Made by a program: the position numbers and the translations under genes
Notes under the pieces: model-generated
Told to the model about the DNA's origin: nothing
The model's input: the letters and a program-made list of their open reading frames with translations, nothing else
The model's database searches: none
Assembly: GCA_002842655.1 (NCBI GenBank)
Contig: PHDP01000001.1
Location: 1,247-65,246, forward strand
Direction of reading: 5' to 3'
Length of the DNA stretch: 64,000 bases
Origin: Bacteroidetes bacterium HGW-Bacteroidetes-14
Lineage (GTDB): Bacteria; Bacteroidota; Bacteroidia; Bacteroidales; UBA932
In this document: in pieces, positions 47,097 through 56,592 of the stretch
How the letters are laid out: each line of letters opens with the position of its first letter
Position numbering within the stretch: the stretch's first letter is position 1

Positions 47097-47723
47097 CTAT
47101 TTTGATTCAAGAAGGTCTTTAATAGTGCGTGAAAGCTGGTCAAAGCCGATAAAACCGGCCAGTCTCACCCGTTTTTCATTTGAACTGGAGAAAATATAAG
47201 TTGGGAACAGGTCAACTTCGAGAGAAGCAGCAAGTTTCAGATCCTTTTCAAATTCCTCTTTCCCTTTGCCATCAAGGTCTCTTTTAAAGAGTTCAATATC
47301 CAGTTTTGCGTCTGCTGCAGCCTTTATAAGATTCTCCCTTCTGGCTATATTCACTTTTCTGTGAAAGAAGCCCTCTCTCATAATGTTGTAAAAGCGGAGT
47401 CCCTTATCCTCGCCCTGAAGCACAGCAGCCCTGAAAGCAATTGAAGGTGGGTATGAAGATGCAGGCGGGTCTTCTCTCCAGACATCTCCGTCTATCTGAA
47501 AACCAATGTGATGAGAAGCCTCCACCCAGTGATTCGCCACCAGGGCCGGACCTTCCTCTTTCCCGTCAAACATGCTCCAGTCCGGCATCAGCCCGCCCAT
47601 GCGGTACTCAACTGAAATCAAATCTCTGAACTCATCTTTTATTGTTCTTAAAATAAGTTCACTTCCCCAGCAGTATGAACACAGCGGGTCAGAAAAATAT
47701 AGGATATTAACTTTACTTGCCAT
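47097..47723 (-). CDS. DsbA/SpxH(YjbH)-like thioredoxin-fold protein
   Basis: YFSDPLCSYCWG, MGGL, SSYPPSIA, cis-Pro motif FPT. Confidence 0.85.
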   Translation of the reverse strand: MASKVNILYFSDPLCSYCWGSELILRTIKDEFRDLISVEYRMGGLMPDWSMFDGKEEGPALVANHWVEASHHIGFQIDGDVWREDPPASSYPPSIAFRAAVLQGEDKGLRFYNIMREGFFHRKVNIARRENLIKAAADAKLDIELFKRDLDGKGKEEFEKDLKLAASLEVDLFPTYIFSSSNEKRVRLAGFIGFDQLSRTIKDLLESK

Positions 47724-48144
47724 TGTTGCATTTGTCGACGAATTTTTTGTACTCCATATCCAGAAGCATGATATGATTTATCCACCACTCTTTAAGGAAG
47801 TCGCTGACATCCTCCGGTCTTGTGGGATTTACATCGTCATACAGGTGGTTAAAAAACGCTACCTTTTTGATATACAGTTTATGAGCAGCCCTATGCCCCT
47901 TAATACCGGGAAAACCATGTTCAACCATGTACTTTTCCTCGTCCCGGAAGTGCTCAATACTGTAGTCTGTCAGCTCAGAAAGTAGTTCTGCAAAGCGCAG
48001 AGACCTTATTTCAAGAGTCTCTTCATGAATAAATCTGTTAATCACATCGAAGATTCTCTTGTGCTGATCGTCAATACTTCCAACCTTTACAGAGAGTTCG
48101 TCGCTCCATAAAATTTTACTGTGACTCTTCATAATATTATTCAA
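47713..48144 (-). CDS. Bacteriohemerythrin
   Basis: W...LSV...IDDQH, HF.DEE..M, H...H, W..NHI...D di-iron ligand pattern. Confidence 0.92.
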   Translation of the reverse strand: MNNIMKSHSKILWSDELSVKVGSIDDQHKRIFDVINRFIHEETLEIRSLRFAELLSELTDYSIEHFRDEEKYMVEHGFPGIKGHRAAHKLYIKKVAFFNHLYDDVNPTRPEDVSDFLKEWWINHIMLLDMEYKKFVDKCNNGK

Positions 48145-48201
48145 AATGGGTTAATCAAAAATAACACTAATTTGTTATATATCTAAAAATAAATTTATTC
48201 T

Positions 48202-48870
48202 ATGAAAGAGAAGGAGCTATTTCACATGCGCAAGGATTATGCACCACAGCCGCTTACAAAAGAGGAGCTTTCTCCCGACCCCTTTATGCAGTTTGGCCGG
48301 TGGTTCAGTGACGCATCACTGTATGAAACCGCAGAACCAAATGCGATGATTCTCTCGACCTGCGGGCTGGATATGCTCCCCTCTTCAAGAGTTGTGCTGC
48401 TTAAAAAATATTCCCCGGAAGGGTTTGTATTCTTTACAAATTACAATAGCAGAAAAGGAATTCAGCTTAAACAGAATCCAAATGCATCCATACTCTTTTT
48501 CTGGCCGGAAACTATGAGACAGGTGAGGATTGAGGGGAGCACAGAAAGAACTTCTGAGCGCGATTCAGATGAATACTTCAACTCCCGTCCTGCAGAGAGC
48601 CGGGCTACTGCAATGGCGTCAAGACAGAGTGAACCTCTTGAAAACAAAGAGCAGTTTGAAAATGAAGTTGAAAAAATTCTTAAATATTCAGAAGAGGATA
48701 TTTCTGCCGGCAGTATACTGGCAAGACCACTGCACTGGGGTGGCTATATACTTAAACCCTCACTTTTTGAATTCTGGCAGGGTGGCACAAATCGTGCACA
48801 TGACAGGTTTGAATACCTGAAAGAATCACCGGACCAGCCTTTCTGGACTATTACAAGGCTCTATCCCTGA
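48202..48870 (+). CDS. pdxH: Pyridoxamine 5'-phosphate oxidase
   Basis: EPNAM.LST, R.VLLK, FFTNYNSRKG, RQVRIEG, YF.SRP, WGGY, EFWQG...R.HDR, RLYP. Confidence 0.96.
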   Translation: MKEKELFHMRKDYAPQPLTKEELSPDPFMQFGRWFSDASLYETAEPNAMILSTCGLDMLPSSRVVLLKKYSPEGFVFFTNYNSRKGIQLKQNPNASILFFWPETMRQVRIEGSTERTSERDSDEYFNSRPAESRATAMASRQSEPLENKEQFENEVEKILKYSEEDISAGSILARPLHWGGYILKPSLFEFWQGGTNRAHDRFEYLKESPDQPFWTITRLYP

Positions 48871-49259
48871 TTATTTTTTCCCTCATCCAGAGGTGCTCCT
48901 CTCATAACGCTGGAGCAGTTGGCAACAACCACAATAGTAAAGAAAACAAGAAGAGAAAGATAAATCAGAAACTCCCCGGCAGAAACAATCCATCTCTTTT
49001 CGTGCGGATTGTTGTTCCAGAAAAACAGAACAGTCATAAGAATGTGTCCTGTGGCCAAAACTGCAAGACCTCTCCATGATACATCACGCCTTCTCTTTTT
49101 CCTTTTGATTCTTGCGAGTGCAATTGAAAAATAGAGGCCAAGAATTACAGCCAGATAGGCCACAATTCTCACCACCTCTCCCGTCTCGTAGCGCCAGATA
49201 AGAAGAAGCACACCAAGGGCGAGTATGAGCAGATATAAATCAAGCTTTTTCATAAACAT
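48861..49259 (-). CDS. Hypothetical membrane protein (about 4 TM helices)
   Basis: Four hydrophobic segments with a basic cytoplasmic loop; directly downstream of the TPR gene. Confidence 0.6.
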   Translation of the reverse strand: MFMKKLDLYLLILALGVLLLIWRYETGEVVRIVAYLAVILGLYFSIALARIKRKKRRRDVSWRGLAVLATGHILMTVLFFWNNNPHEKRWIVSAGEFLIYLSLLVFFTIVVVANCSSVMRGAPLDEGKNNQG

Positions 49260-49264
49260 TTATA

Positions 49265-50275
49265 TTACTTACAGAACTCCTGAATAAGAGCATAAGCCTC
49301 TGATTCACCAAGCTCCGCTGCCTTTTTCCAGTCTTCACATGCACCGGTTTTATCTCCGATATTATTTTTGGTGACACCCCTGTTAAAATATGCAAGTGAA
49401 TTTGACGGAGCCAGTTCCAGAACCTTGTTGTAATCTGCCAGTGCGCCCGGATAGTCTTTAAGGCTGTACTTTGCCACACCCCTGTTAAGATATGCATTCA
49501 CCATATCGGGTTTTCTGACAATAGTTTCATTGTAATCTGATATTGCTCCCTGAAAATCTCCCAGCGTCTGCCTTGCATATCCCCTGCTGTACCATGCAGA
49601 GAACTGATCAGGATCTATCTCTATTGCCCGGGTATAATCTTCTGCAGCTCCCATAAAATCCTTAAGCTGGCATTTGCACATTCCGCTGTTAATGTATGCA
49701 TATGCATCGCGCGGATTGATCTCAAGGCTTCTCGAATAATCAGAAATAGCACCGTAAAAATTCTTGAGCATTCTCTCTGCCTCAGCCCTGTTATAATATG
49801 CATCGGCATTTTTGGGGTCCAGTTTAATAACAGTTGTAAGATCAGAAATTGCCTCCTGATAGTGTCTGAGTGAGAACATTATTAATCCCTTGTTAAACCA
49901 GGATCTGGCGTGATTCGGATCAATCTGTACAGCTCTCAGGTAATCGTCCACAGCATCCCTGTCCCTGTCAAGGTACTCCTTGGCCAGCCCTCTGCTGTAG
50001 AGAGCTTCTGCATCTGAGGGATTAAGTTCAATTGATTTTGTATAGTCGTTTATAGCTCCCTCATAATCTTCCAGAATAAGCTTTGCCGCTCCCCTGTTGT
50101 ACCATGCAAGATTGAGCCTGGGATTAAGTTCAAGTGCTTTGGTATATTCAGCAATTGCTCCTGCATAGTCCTTTTTTCCGTGCTTTTCCAGTCCGTTGTT
50201 GTAAAATGTCTCTGCAGGCTGGGCAGAAAGTGAGGCAGACAGTAGCATTGCAACCAGTAATGTCAGCGTTTTCAT
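49265..50275 (-). CDS. Tetratricopeptide repeat protein, exported
   Basis: Signal peptide; about nine 34-aa AY.NRG...DY.GAI.DY..AI.L.P repeats. Confidence 0.92.
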   Translation of the reverse strand: MKTLTLLVAMLLSASLSAQPAETFYNNGLEKHGKKDYAGAIAEYTKALELNPRLNLAWYNRGAAKLILEDYEGAINDYTKSIELNPSDAEALYSRGLAKEYLDRDRDAVDDYLRAVQIDPNHARSWFNKGLIMFSLRHYQEAISDLTTVIKLDPKNADAYYNRAEAERMLKNFYGAISDYSRSLEINPRDAYAYINSGMCKCQLKDFMGAAEDYTRAIEIDPDQFSAWYSRGYARQTLGDFQGAISDYNETIVRKPDMVNAYLNRGVAKYSLKDYPGALADYNKVLELAPSNSLAYFNRGVTKNNIGDKTGACEDWKKAAELGESEAYALIQEFCK

Positions 50276-50363
50276 GCCTTTATGATTTTGAGAAAGTTAA
50301 GCATTTTTCAGATTGGTTGTTATCCAAATCGTATTATCTTTGGGTAAAATTAAGGGCCAGATA

Positions 50364-53003
50364 ATGTCCTGGAAAAAGGCACTTATAATAATACTGACTC
50401 TGCTTTCAGCTGGAACATATTCAATGCATGCTCAGCTGGCAGGAAAGAGTTACATAAGAGGGGCGGTGGTTGACGGAAAGAACGGAGAACCTGTCCCCTA
50501 TGCAGTTATTGTGGTCGATGGCACCACAGACGGTACCGGCACAGATTCAGAGGGCCGGTTCCTCCTGGTTACCACAGCAAAGAAGATTCTTCTCAAAATC
50601 TCCTCAATGGGATATCTCCCTTCAGAAGTGTCAATTCCGTCTGATAACAGCGGAAAACCGGCTGTAAGCGAACCACTCACGATAAGACTTTCACCTGCTG
50701 CAGTACAGCTTGACGCAATAGTTGTAAAGGCAAACAAGGTTCGTTACCGCAATAAGGACAACCCAGCTGTAATGATTATTGACAGCGTAATTCATTACAA
50801 AGAGATGAACCGCAGCAAGAATTTTGATTTTCTCAGCTACGAAAAGTATGAGAAGGTCATTTTCTCATTTTCTAATGTTTCAGAGAAGCTCAAAGAGGCA
50901 AAAATGCTGGGCAAATTCAAGTTTGTATTTGATAATATGGACACGCTCCGCAAGCCCGGACAGCCTGTCCTTCCCGTGTATATAAGGGAGCAGCTGTCTG
51001 ACTATTACTATCGCAGAACTCCGGAGGCGAAGAACGAAATTGTAAAGGGTGACAAAATGGTAACCTTTGAAGGGTATCTGGACGAACAGGGAATTGGTGT
51101 CTGGCTCAACTATCTGTATCAGGACATTGACCTTTACGACAACAATATACTATTTCTGACAAATCAGTTCATCAGCCCCATAGCTGTGACCGCCCCTGCT
51201 TTTTACAGATACTACATTATGGACACTCTTAATGTCAGCGGGGCTGAATGCTATAAACTCTACTTTTCGCCACGCAACAAAACAGATTTTCTTTTCCAGG
51301 GCTATCTCTATATTACTGCCGACGGATCCTTTGCAGTCAAGCGGGCAGAAATTGAGGTAAGCCGGCAGATAAACCTTAACTGGATTAAGGATGCACGAAT
51401 AGTTCAGGAATTTGAGAGAGATCCGGAAAAGAGGGTGCAACAGGCGGGAGTGAATCAGCATACCGGAACCGGACAAAAAAAATCAACAGGCTGGTTGCTT
51501 ACTCTTGACGAAATTTCTCTTGACCTTGGGTACAGCCGCAACGGTCTGGGCGTATACGGACAAAAATCTGTCTCATACAGGAAATTCAAAATTAACGAGC
51601 CACTCGCAGAGAGCAACTTCAGGGTAAGAGATGCCCGGGCAGACACCACACTTTCAAAACCGGAATCTTACTGGGAGGAGAACAGGCATACAATGCTTTC
51701 GGCCACAGAAAGGGGAATTTACCGGACTATTGACACGCTCAAGAAGATTCCGGCTTTCAAAAGGACAATGAACATTACAAGAATTATCCTGGCCAGCTAC
51801 CATAATTTTGGGAAATTTGAAATTGGACCCGTAATCTCCTTTTACAGTTACAATCCAATTGAGGGTTCAAAACTGAGAATTGGCGGCCGCTCCACAACTG
51901 CCCTCAGCAAATGGTTCAATTATGACGGATATATTTCCTACTCCTTCGGGGACAGAAAAATTAAATACAATCTGGGCACAACGCTGTCATTCAGCGGCCG
52001 CACAATTTACGAATTCCCGGTTCAGAGCCTGCGCCTCAGCTTTCAGAGCGATACCAAGGTTCCCGGACAGGAGCTCTATTTTGTCCAGGAGGGTAATGCA
52101 CTTCTCTCAATCAAGCGGGGTGTGGATGACAAACTTTTCTACAATAAAACCTTCCGGGCCGAATACCTGCATGAATTTGAGAACCACTTCTCTTACTCCC
52201 TCGGGTACACACACACCCAGCAGAAGCCCGGCGGAAGCATTACTTTTGGTAACGCATCCGTATTGAACATAGGCGAAGCAAGCCTCGCACTCAGGTATGC
52301 CCCCAAAGAGGAGTTTTACCAGCGAAAAATTTACAGAATTCCGGTTGCAAACAAGTACCCTATTTTCCAGTTCAACTACACATTTGGCAGTAAACTGCTT
52401 GGTGGTGACTACAACTACCACCTGCTAAGGCTCAATATCTACAAACGCTTTTACCCGTCTGTAGTGGGCTACACAACCGTCACCCTCGAGGGTGGGCTTG
52501 TACTGGGCAAAGTACCTTATCCACTTCTGGAGATCCATAATGCAAACCAGAGCTATCTTTACCAGTCAACAACCTACAACCTGATGAACTTTGTAGAGTT
52601 TGTGAGTGATAAATATGCTTCCCTTTTTGTTGATCACTGTTTTAACGGATTCATATTTAACAAGATTCCGCTAATTAAACACCTTGGTCTGAGAGAAATG
52701 TTAACATTCAAGGTTCTGTACGGAGGCCTCAGTGACAAAAGTAATCCTGCCATTTCCGGCTCAAATGTAAACCCTCCTTCCGGGTCAGTCCCGGGCGATC
52801 CTTTGCTCTTCCCTTTCCCGGTTGATAAAGACGGAAATCCGGCAACATTCATACTGGGTAAAACCCCATATGTAGAGATGAGTGTCGGTATTTCAAATAT
52901 TTTCAAATTCGTAAGGGTAGATCTGGTAAGACGGATAACCTATCTTGACCACCCTAATGTATCGAAGTACGGGATTAGAGTCAGGCTCAAGTTTGATTTG
53001 TAA
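50364..53003 (+). CDS. DUF5686 outer-membrane protein with N-terminal carboxypeptidase-regulatory-like domain
   Basis: G.VVD...GEPVPYA, RYRNKDNPA, YEKYEK, FISP.A...YRY, YN.IEG..LR; C-terminal RLKFDL. Start MSWKK (50364) follows a TATCTTTG box at 50335-50342. Confidence 0.85.
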   Translation: MSWKKALIIILTLLSAGTYSMHAQLAGKSYIRGAVVDGKNGEPVPYAVIVVDGTTDGTGTDSEGRFLLVTTAKKILLKISSMGYLPSEVSIPSDNSGKPAVSEPLTIRLSPAAVQLDAIVVKANKVRYRNKDNPAVMIIDSVIHYKEMNRSKNFDFLSYEKYEKVIFSFSNVSEKLKEAKMLGKFKFVFDNMDTLRKPGQPVLPVYIREQLSDYYYRRTPEAKNEIVKGDKMVTFEGYLDEQGIGVWLNYLYQDIDLYDNNILFLTNQFISPIAVTAPAFYRYYIMDTLNVSGAECYKLYFSPRNKTDFLFQGYLYITADGSFAVKRAEIEVSRQINLNWIKDARIVQEFERDPEKRVQQAGVNQHTGTGQKKSTGWLLTLDEISLDLGYSRNGLGVYGQKSVSYRKFKINEPLAESNFRVRDARADTTLSKPESYWEENRHTMLSATERGIYRTIDTLKKIPAFKRTMNITRIILASYHNFGKFEIGPVISFYSYNPIEGSKLRIGGRSTTALSKWFNYDGYISYSFGDRKIKYNLGTTLSFSGRTIYEFPVQSLRLSFQSDTKVPGQELYFVQEGNALLSIKRGVDDKLFYNKTFRAEYLHEFENHFSYSLGYTHTQQKPGGSITFGNASVLNIGEASLALRYAPKEEFYQRKIYRIPVANKYPIFQFNYTFGSKLLGGDYNYHLLRLNIYKRFYPSVVGYTTVTLEGGLVLGKVPYPLLEIHNANQSYLYQSTTYNLMNFVEFVSDKYASLFVDHCFNGFIFNKIPLIKHLGLREMLTFKVLYGGLSDKSNPAISGSNVNPPSGSVPGDPLLFPFPVDKDGNPATFILGKTPYVEMSVGISNIFKFVRVDLVRRITYLDHPNVSKYGIRVRLKFDL

Positions 53004-53076
53004 TTTATAAAGTTTTCTTTTACTGGTGCAAAGAATTTGTATCTTTGAAACGAAAACCCCAAAGAGACCCGGACTT

Positions 53077-54129
53077 ATGAAACGAAACAAAATCCTCACT
53101 TCAATTTTCGCAATTGTAATTTCAGCAACTGCCATGGCAACGAATCCGCTATACCCAATACTTGATAATTACCGCATTCCTTTAAATGAAAAGGGAGCTC
53201 CTGTCGGGAAAGTACTAACCGGAGATACAAAGGCAAAAATTTGCATCAGCAGGGATACAGCAGATATCTTCAGAATTGACAGGGATGGCATTGTCAGACT
53301 GAAAAGAGGCGTAAAACTAACTGAAGGCGGAGCTTTCAGGTATGCAGTTACTTTAACAGTTTCCACAAAGACGGGAACTGCAGTGAAGGAATTTGAACTT
53401 GTTAAGGATGAATTTCTTAAAAACAGAGCCATTGCTCACAGAGGTGCCTGGAAAAATTTCAGTGATCCTCAGAACTCAATTAAATCTCTCAGAAATGCAA
53501 TCTCACTGGGTTGTTCCTGGAGTGAATTTGATGTTTGGATGGCTGCCGACGGAGTTCCTGTATGCAATCACGACCCTGCAATTGGAGGACTCACAGTTGA
53601 AACAAGCACATCTGCACAGCTTACAAAGGTAGAACTCGAACCAGGTGAGTTTCTGCCTACTCTGGAACAATACCTTCTGGCAATTAAAGATCAGAATAAA
53701 ACAGGACTTGTACTTGAAATTAAACCATCGCTTGTAAGCCAGGAAAGAACTCTTGAACTCACTAACAAGGCTGTACAAATGGTACACGACCTCAAGGTTC
53801 AGGCATGGGTAACCTATATAAGCTTCAATTATGGCTCACTGGAAAGAGTTATTGAACTTGACCCGGTTGCAACCACAGCATACCTTGGCAATGACAAAAC
53901 AGTAACTGAGATTAAAAACAGCAAAATGTGGGGAATTGACTTTAACCTGAACATGTTTAAGGCAAACCCAATTCTTACTCGCCAGGCACATGACCTTGGT
54001 CTCACCGTAAATGTGTGGACAGTAAACAAGGCAGAAGATCTCAAAATGATGCTTGACCAGGGAGCAGATTATATAACCACCAACGAACCTGAACTGCTGC
54101 TTAAAATGCTCAGAGAGCGCGGGGAGTAA
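53077..54129 (+). CDS. Glycerophosphodiester phosphodiesterase with an N-terminal cadherin-like domain
   Basis: IAHRG, SEFDV, HD, LEIK, VWTVN, ITTNEP. Start MKRNKIL (53077) after TATCTTTG at 53040-53047. Confidence 0.88.
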   Translation: MKRNKILTSIFAIVISATAMATNPLYPILDNYRIPLNEKGAPVGKVLTGDTKAKICISRDTADIFRIDRDGIVRLKRGVKLTEGGAFRYAVTLTVSTKTGTAVKEFELVKDEFLKNRAIAHRGAWKNFSDPQNSIKSLRNAISLGCSWSEFDVWMAADGVPVCNHDPAIGGLTVETSTSAQLTKVELEPGEFLPTLEQYLLAIKDQNKTGLVLEIKPSLVSQERTLELTNKAVQMVHDLKVQAWVTYISFNYGSLERVIELDPVATTAYLGNDKTVTEIKNSKMWGIDFNLNMFKANPILTRQAHDLGLTVNVWTVNKAEDLKMMLDQGADYITTNEPELLLKMLRERGE

Positions 54130-54146
54130 TCTGTGCCGGCCGCCAG

Positions 54147-55052
54147 CTAAAAGTCGAAGGTGAAACCACCCTTTTTCATGAGCTCATCCCAGCGGGCTCT
54201 GTCAAACATGTAAATTTTGGCGGGCTTGTGCCTGACTCCCTTTACAACCTCACCTGTGTCTATTAGAATTCCCCTGTTCTTGCGCAGTTCGCCGGGAGAT
54301 TCGGGCTCATCTCCCCTCTTTGCCGCAGCTACCCTTTCATTGGGATAAATCCTGTGCATCTCAAGACGCATGGTGTTGTAAAAGAATTCCTGACGCGGCT
54401 CCGGACGGTCTGAAATTCCCACCATTTTTTTATGAAAGTTGGCACGGTCAAATTTTTTATTGAGAATCTCTTCGTATACTGTCTGAAGCTGTTTGATGGT
54501 AAATTGCTCGTCAAGAAGCTCAAATGCAACAGGGAAATGTCTGAGATCAATCTTCAGCTTTTCAACAGAGGCACTTACAAGGTCCAGATGGTCAAAATAC
54601 ATGAACTCTTTTCTTATTGGGCGATTTAAAACAAACCACTGTGCATCTGAATATTTTTCTCCTCCTTTGAAAATTATCCCCGAAAACTTCTCCGGATTTA
54701 TAAGCTTATAGAACAAAACCGTTATACCTTTTCCGTCCGGATTATCCGGATGGTTGGAAAAAGTCTGCACCTGCCTCAGCAGTTTTGGTGAAAGTCCTAG
54801 TGTATCGTGAAGCTCTCTCTTTATACAATTCTCTGCAGATTCATCATGACTGAGCCGCCCCCCCGGAAGTTCCCACTTCCCTTCAAACGGCTCCCTGGCT
54901 CTTTTGAAAAGCAACAGTCTCAGTTCAACCCCATCGAAACCAAAGATTGCACAGGCTGCATTGACAGCATGGGACTTCTGCTCATGAAAATGCTGCTTGT
55001 GAAGCTCCGATTCATGAGGAGTATATCCGGCAGGATGTTGTTCTGAGGTCAT
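54147..55052 (-). CDS. NrtR family Nudix-related transcriptional regulator
   Basis: N-terminal Nudix fold (CAIFGFD..L.LLL..R..EPF.G.W.LPGG, FDH); C-terminal wHTH (FELL...FT..QLQ.VYE.IL....D..NF.KK, HKPA..Y.F). Confidence 0.85.
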   Translation of the reverse strand: MTSEQHPAGYTPHESELHKQHFHEQKSHAVNAACAIFGFDGVELRLLLFKRAREPFEGKWELPGGRLSHDESAENCIKRELHDTLGLSPKLLRQVQTFSNHPDNPDGKGITVLFYKLINPEKFSGIIFKGGEKYSDAQWFVLNRPIRKEFMYFDHLDLVSASVEKLKIDLRHFPVAFELLDEQFTIKQLQTVYEEILNKKFDRANFHKKMVGISDRPEPRQEFFYNTMRLEMHRIYPNERVAAAKRGDEPESPGELRKNRGILIDTGEVVKGVRHKPAKIYMFDRARWDELMKKGGFTFDF

Positions 55053-55124
55053 ATGCCCTGTTGAATTTTCTCTTCAAAAATAGTTAAAAAGCAGCAAACT
55101 TCAGAGATAGCAGGTGAAAATCAA

Positions 55125-55490
55125 CTATTTCAGACGAAATAATTTCGAGATTTTTAATCTGTTACGGGCAACCAGGTCGTAAACGTAATCCCGCAGCGGC
55201 CGGGGGAAGATTTTCAGGAAGGCGACTGCTCTCCACATGCCTCCCAGCTCCGCAAAGGCGGCAAGTACTGCGGCAGATTTTGTAAACACCCGGCCGCCGT
55301 CAATAAATACAACCGTATTAACACATGAATAACCGTCACATTCAGAATTTCCTGCGAGGCAGGATTCTGCAGACTGAAGGGTAATAAGACTGAGAACTCG
55401 TTTCTTGTCTCTTTGCCCGAGATAATTTGCAAGTCTTGTGCAGAGACTGCAATTTCCGTCATACAGAAGCACTTTCTGGTCCTGATTCAT
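55125..55490 (-). CDS. DCC1-like thiol-disulfide oxidoreductase (DUF393)
   Basis: YDGNCSLC, LQS, P..LRD.VYD.VARNR. Confidence 0.9.
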   Translation of the reverse strand: MNQDQKVLLYDGNCSLCTRLANYLGQRDKKRVLSLITLQSAESCLAGNSECDGYSCVNTVVFIDGGRVFTKSAAVLAAFAELGGMWRAVAFLKIFPRPLRDYVYDLVARNRLKISKLFRLK

Positions 55491-55612
55491 TACCGTTTAG
55501 GATAAATTGATTATCTGCATAACAATTAATGTAGGACAAAAGTTGGAAAAGCACTATATTTATCGCCATAACCCACATTTGATTCAAAAATCAGAGTCAA
55601 AAACGAATTAAA

Positions 55613-56461
55613 ATGAAAAAGATAATAGTTGCGGTTTTTTTAATGCTTATGTTCATTAACACACAGGCACAGCATAAGATTTACAGCGATCCTCAGGACA
55701 AGGTAATATTTGACAAATATGCCGAGTATATTAAAACAAAGAGGGATCAGCCCATAGAAAAGGTGATTATTGAGACTGCGAAATTCTTTCTGAGTGTCCC
55801 TTATGTGGCAAACACACTTGAGATTGAACCGGAAGGTCTTGTTGTTAACCTCCGGGGACTCGACTGCACAACTTTTGTTGAAACAGTTTATGCACTTAGC
55901 CATACTGCAAAGTCAGACAACCTTACTTTTGAAAATTTCACAAAGCATCTCATGAGAATCCGTTACCGCGGAGATGTAATTAATGATTACTCAGACAGGC
56001 TCCACTACACATCTGACTGGGTATTCGAAAACGAGAAAAAGGGTATAGTGAAAAGTATCGTTCACACTCCGGCATGGGAACCCATTAAGCACAATTTTTT
56101 CATAATGTCTACCAATCACGAAAAATACAAACAGCTAAAGGGTAATCCTGCACTTACAGAAAAAATCAGGGCTGTTGAAGCTCAGCTCAACGGCAGGGAA
56201 CATTTTTATCTCCCGACAGACAAAATAGAACAAAATAAAAATCTTATCAAAAGCGGAGATGTGGTAGCATTTGTTACGACAAAAATCCCCGGAATTGACA
56301 TGACCCATATGGGTATCATTTACAAGGAGGGAGGAATGCTGACATTTATTCATGCCTCTTCTTCCCACAAGAAGGTTGTCCTTAACCGTGAACCGCTTTC
56401 CGTTTATGCAAAAGGAACGGGAAGAAATGTAGGAGTTATTATTGCAAGACCTCAGCAGTAA
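55613..56461 (+). CDS. DUF1460 / NlpC-P60-fold N-acetylmuramoyl-L-alanine amidase-like protein
   Basis: PYVANTLE, LDCTTFVE (Cys), RLHY.SDW, THMG (His), FIHASS. Confidence 0.88.
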   Translation: MKKIIVAVFLMLMFINTQAQHKIYSDPQDKVIFDKYAEYIKTKRDQPIEKVIIETAKFFLSVPYVANTLEIEPEGLVVNLRGLDCTTFVETVYALSHTAKSDNLTFENFTKHLMRIRYRGDVINDYSDRLHYTSDWVFENEKKGIVKSIVHTPAWEPIKHNFFIMSTNHEKYKQLKGNPALTEKIRAVEAQLNGREHFYLPTDKIEQNKNLIKSGDVVAFVTTKIPGIDMTHMGIIYKEGGMLTFIHASSSHKKVVLNREPLSVYAKGTGRNVGVIIARPQQ

Positions 56462-56509
56462 CCCGGAAGTGGCTATGCCACAGACTTCACAGGATTATCA
56501 CAAATTTCT

Positions 56510-56549
56510 AAACCGCAGAGAAGTTTTTTTCTGCGGTTTTATTTTTTTT
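56510..56549 (+). terminator. Rho-independent terminator
   Basis: AAACCGCAGA-N10-TCTGCGGTTT plus T run. Confidence 0.75.
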
Positions 56550-56592
56550 AGTTAAATTTAAAGCATAAACCTAACTAAAAAAGAGTATTACT

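Noticed and set aside
49300-50200. 102-nt periodicity (CCCCTGTT motifs)
   Set aside because: Explained by TPR coding repeats (NRG).
56469-56481. GTGGC-TAT-GCCAC palindrome as an HcpR-type site for hcp
   Set aside because: Only 5-bp arms, located upstream of the preceding gene's terminator; too weak to call.
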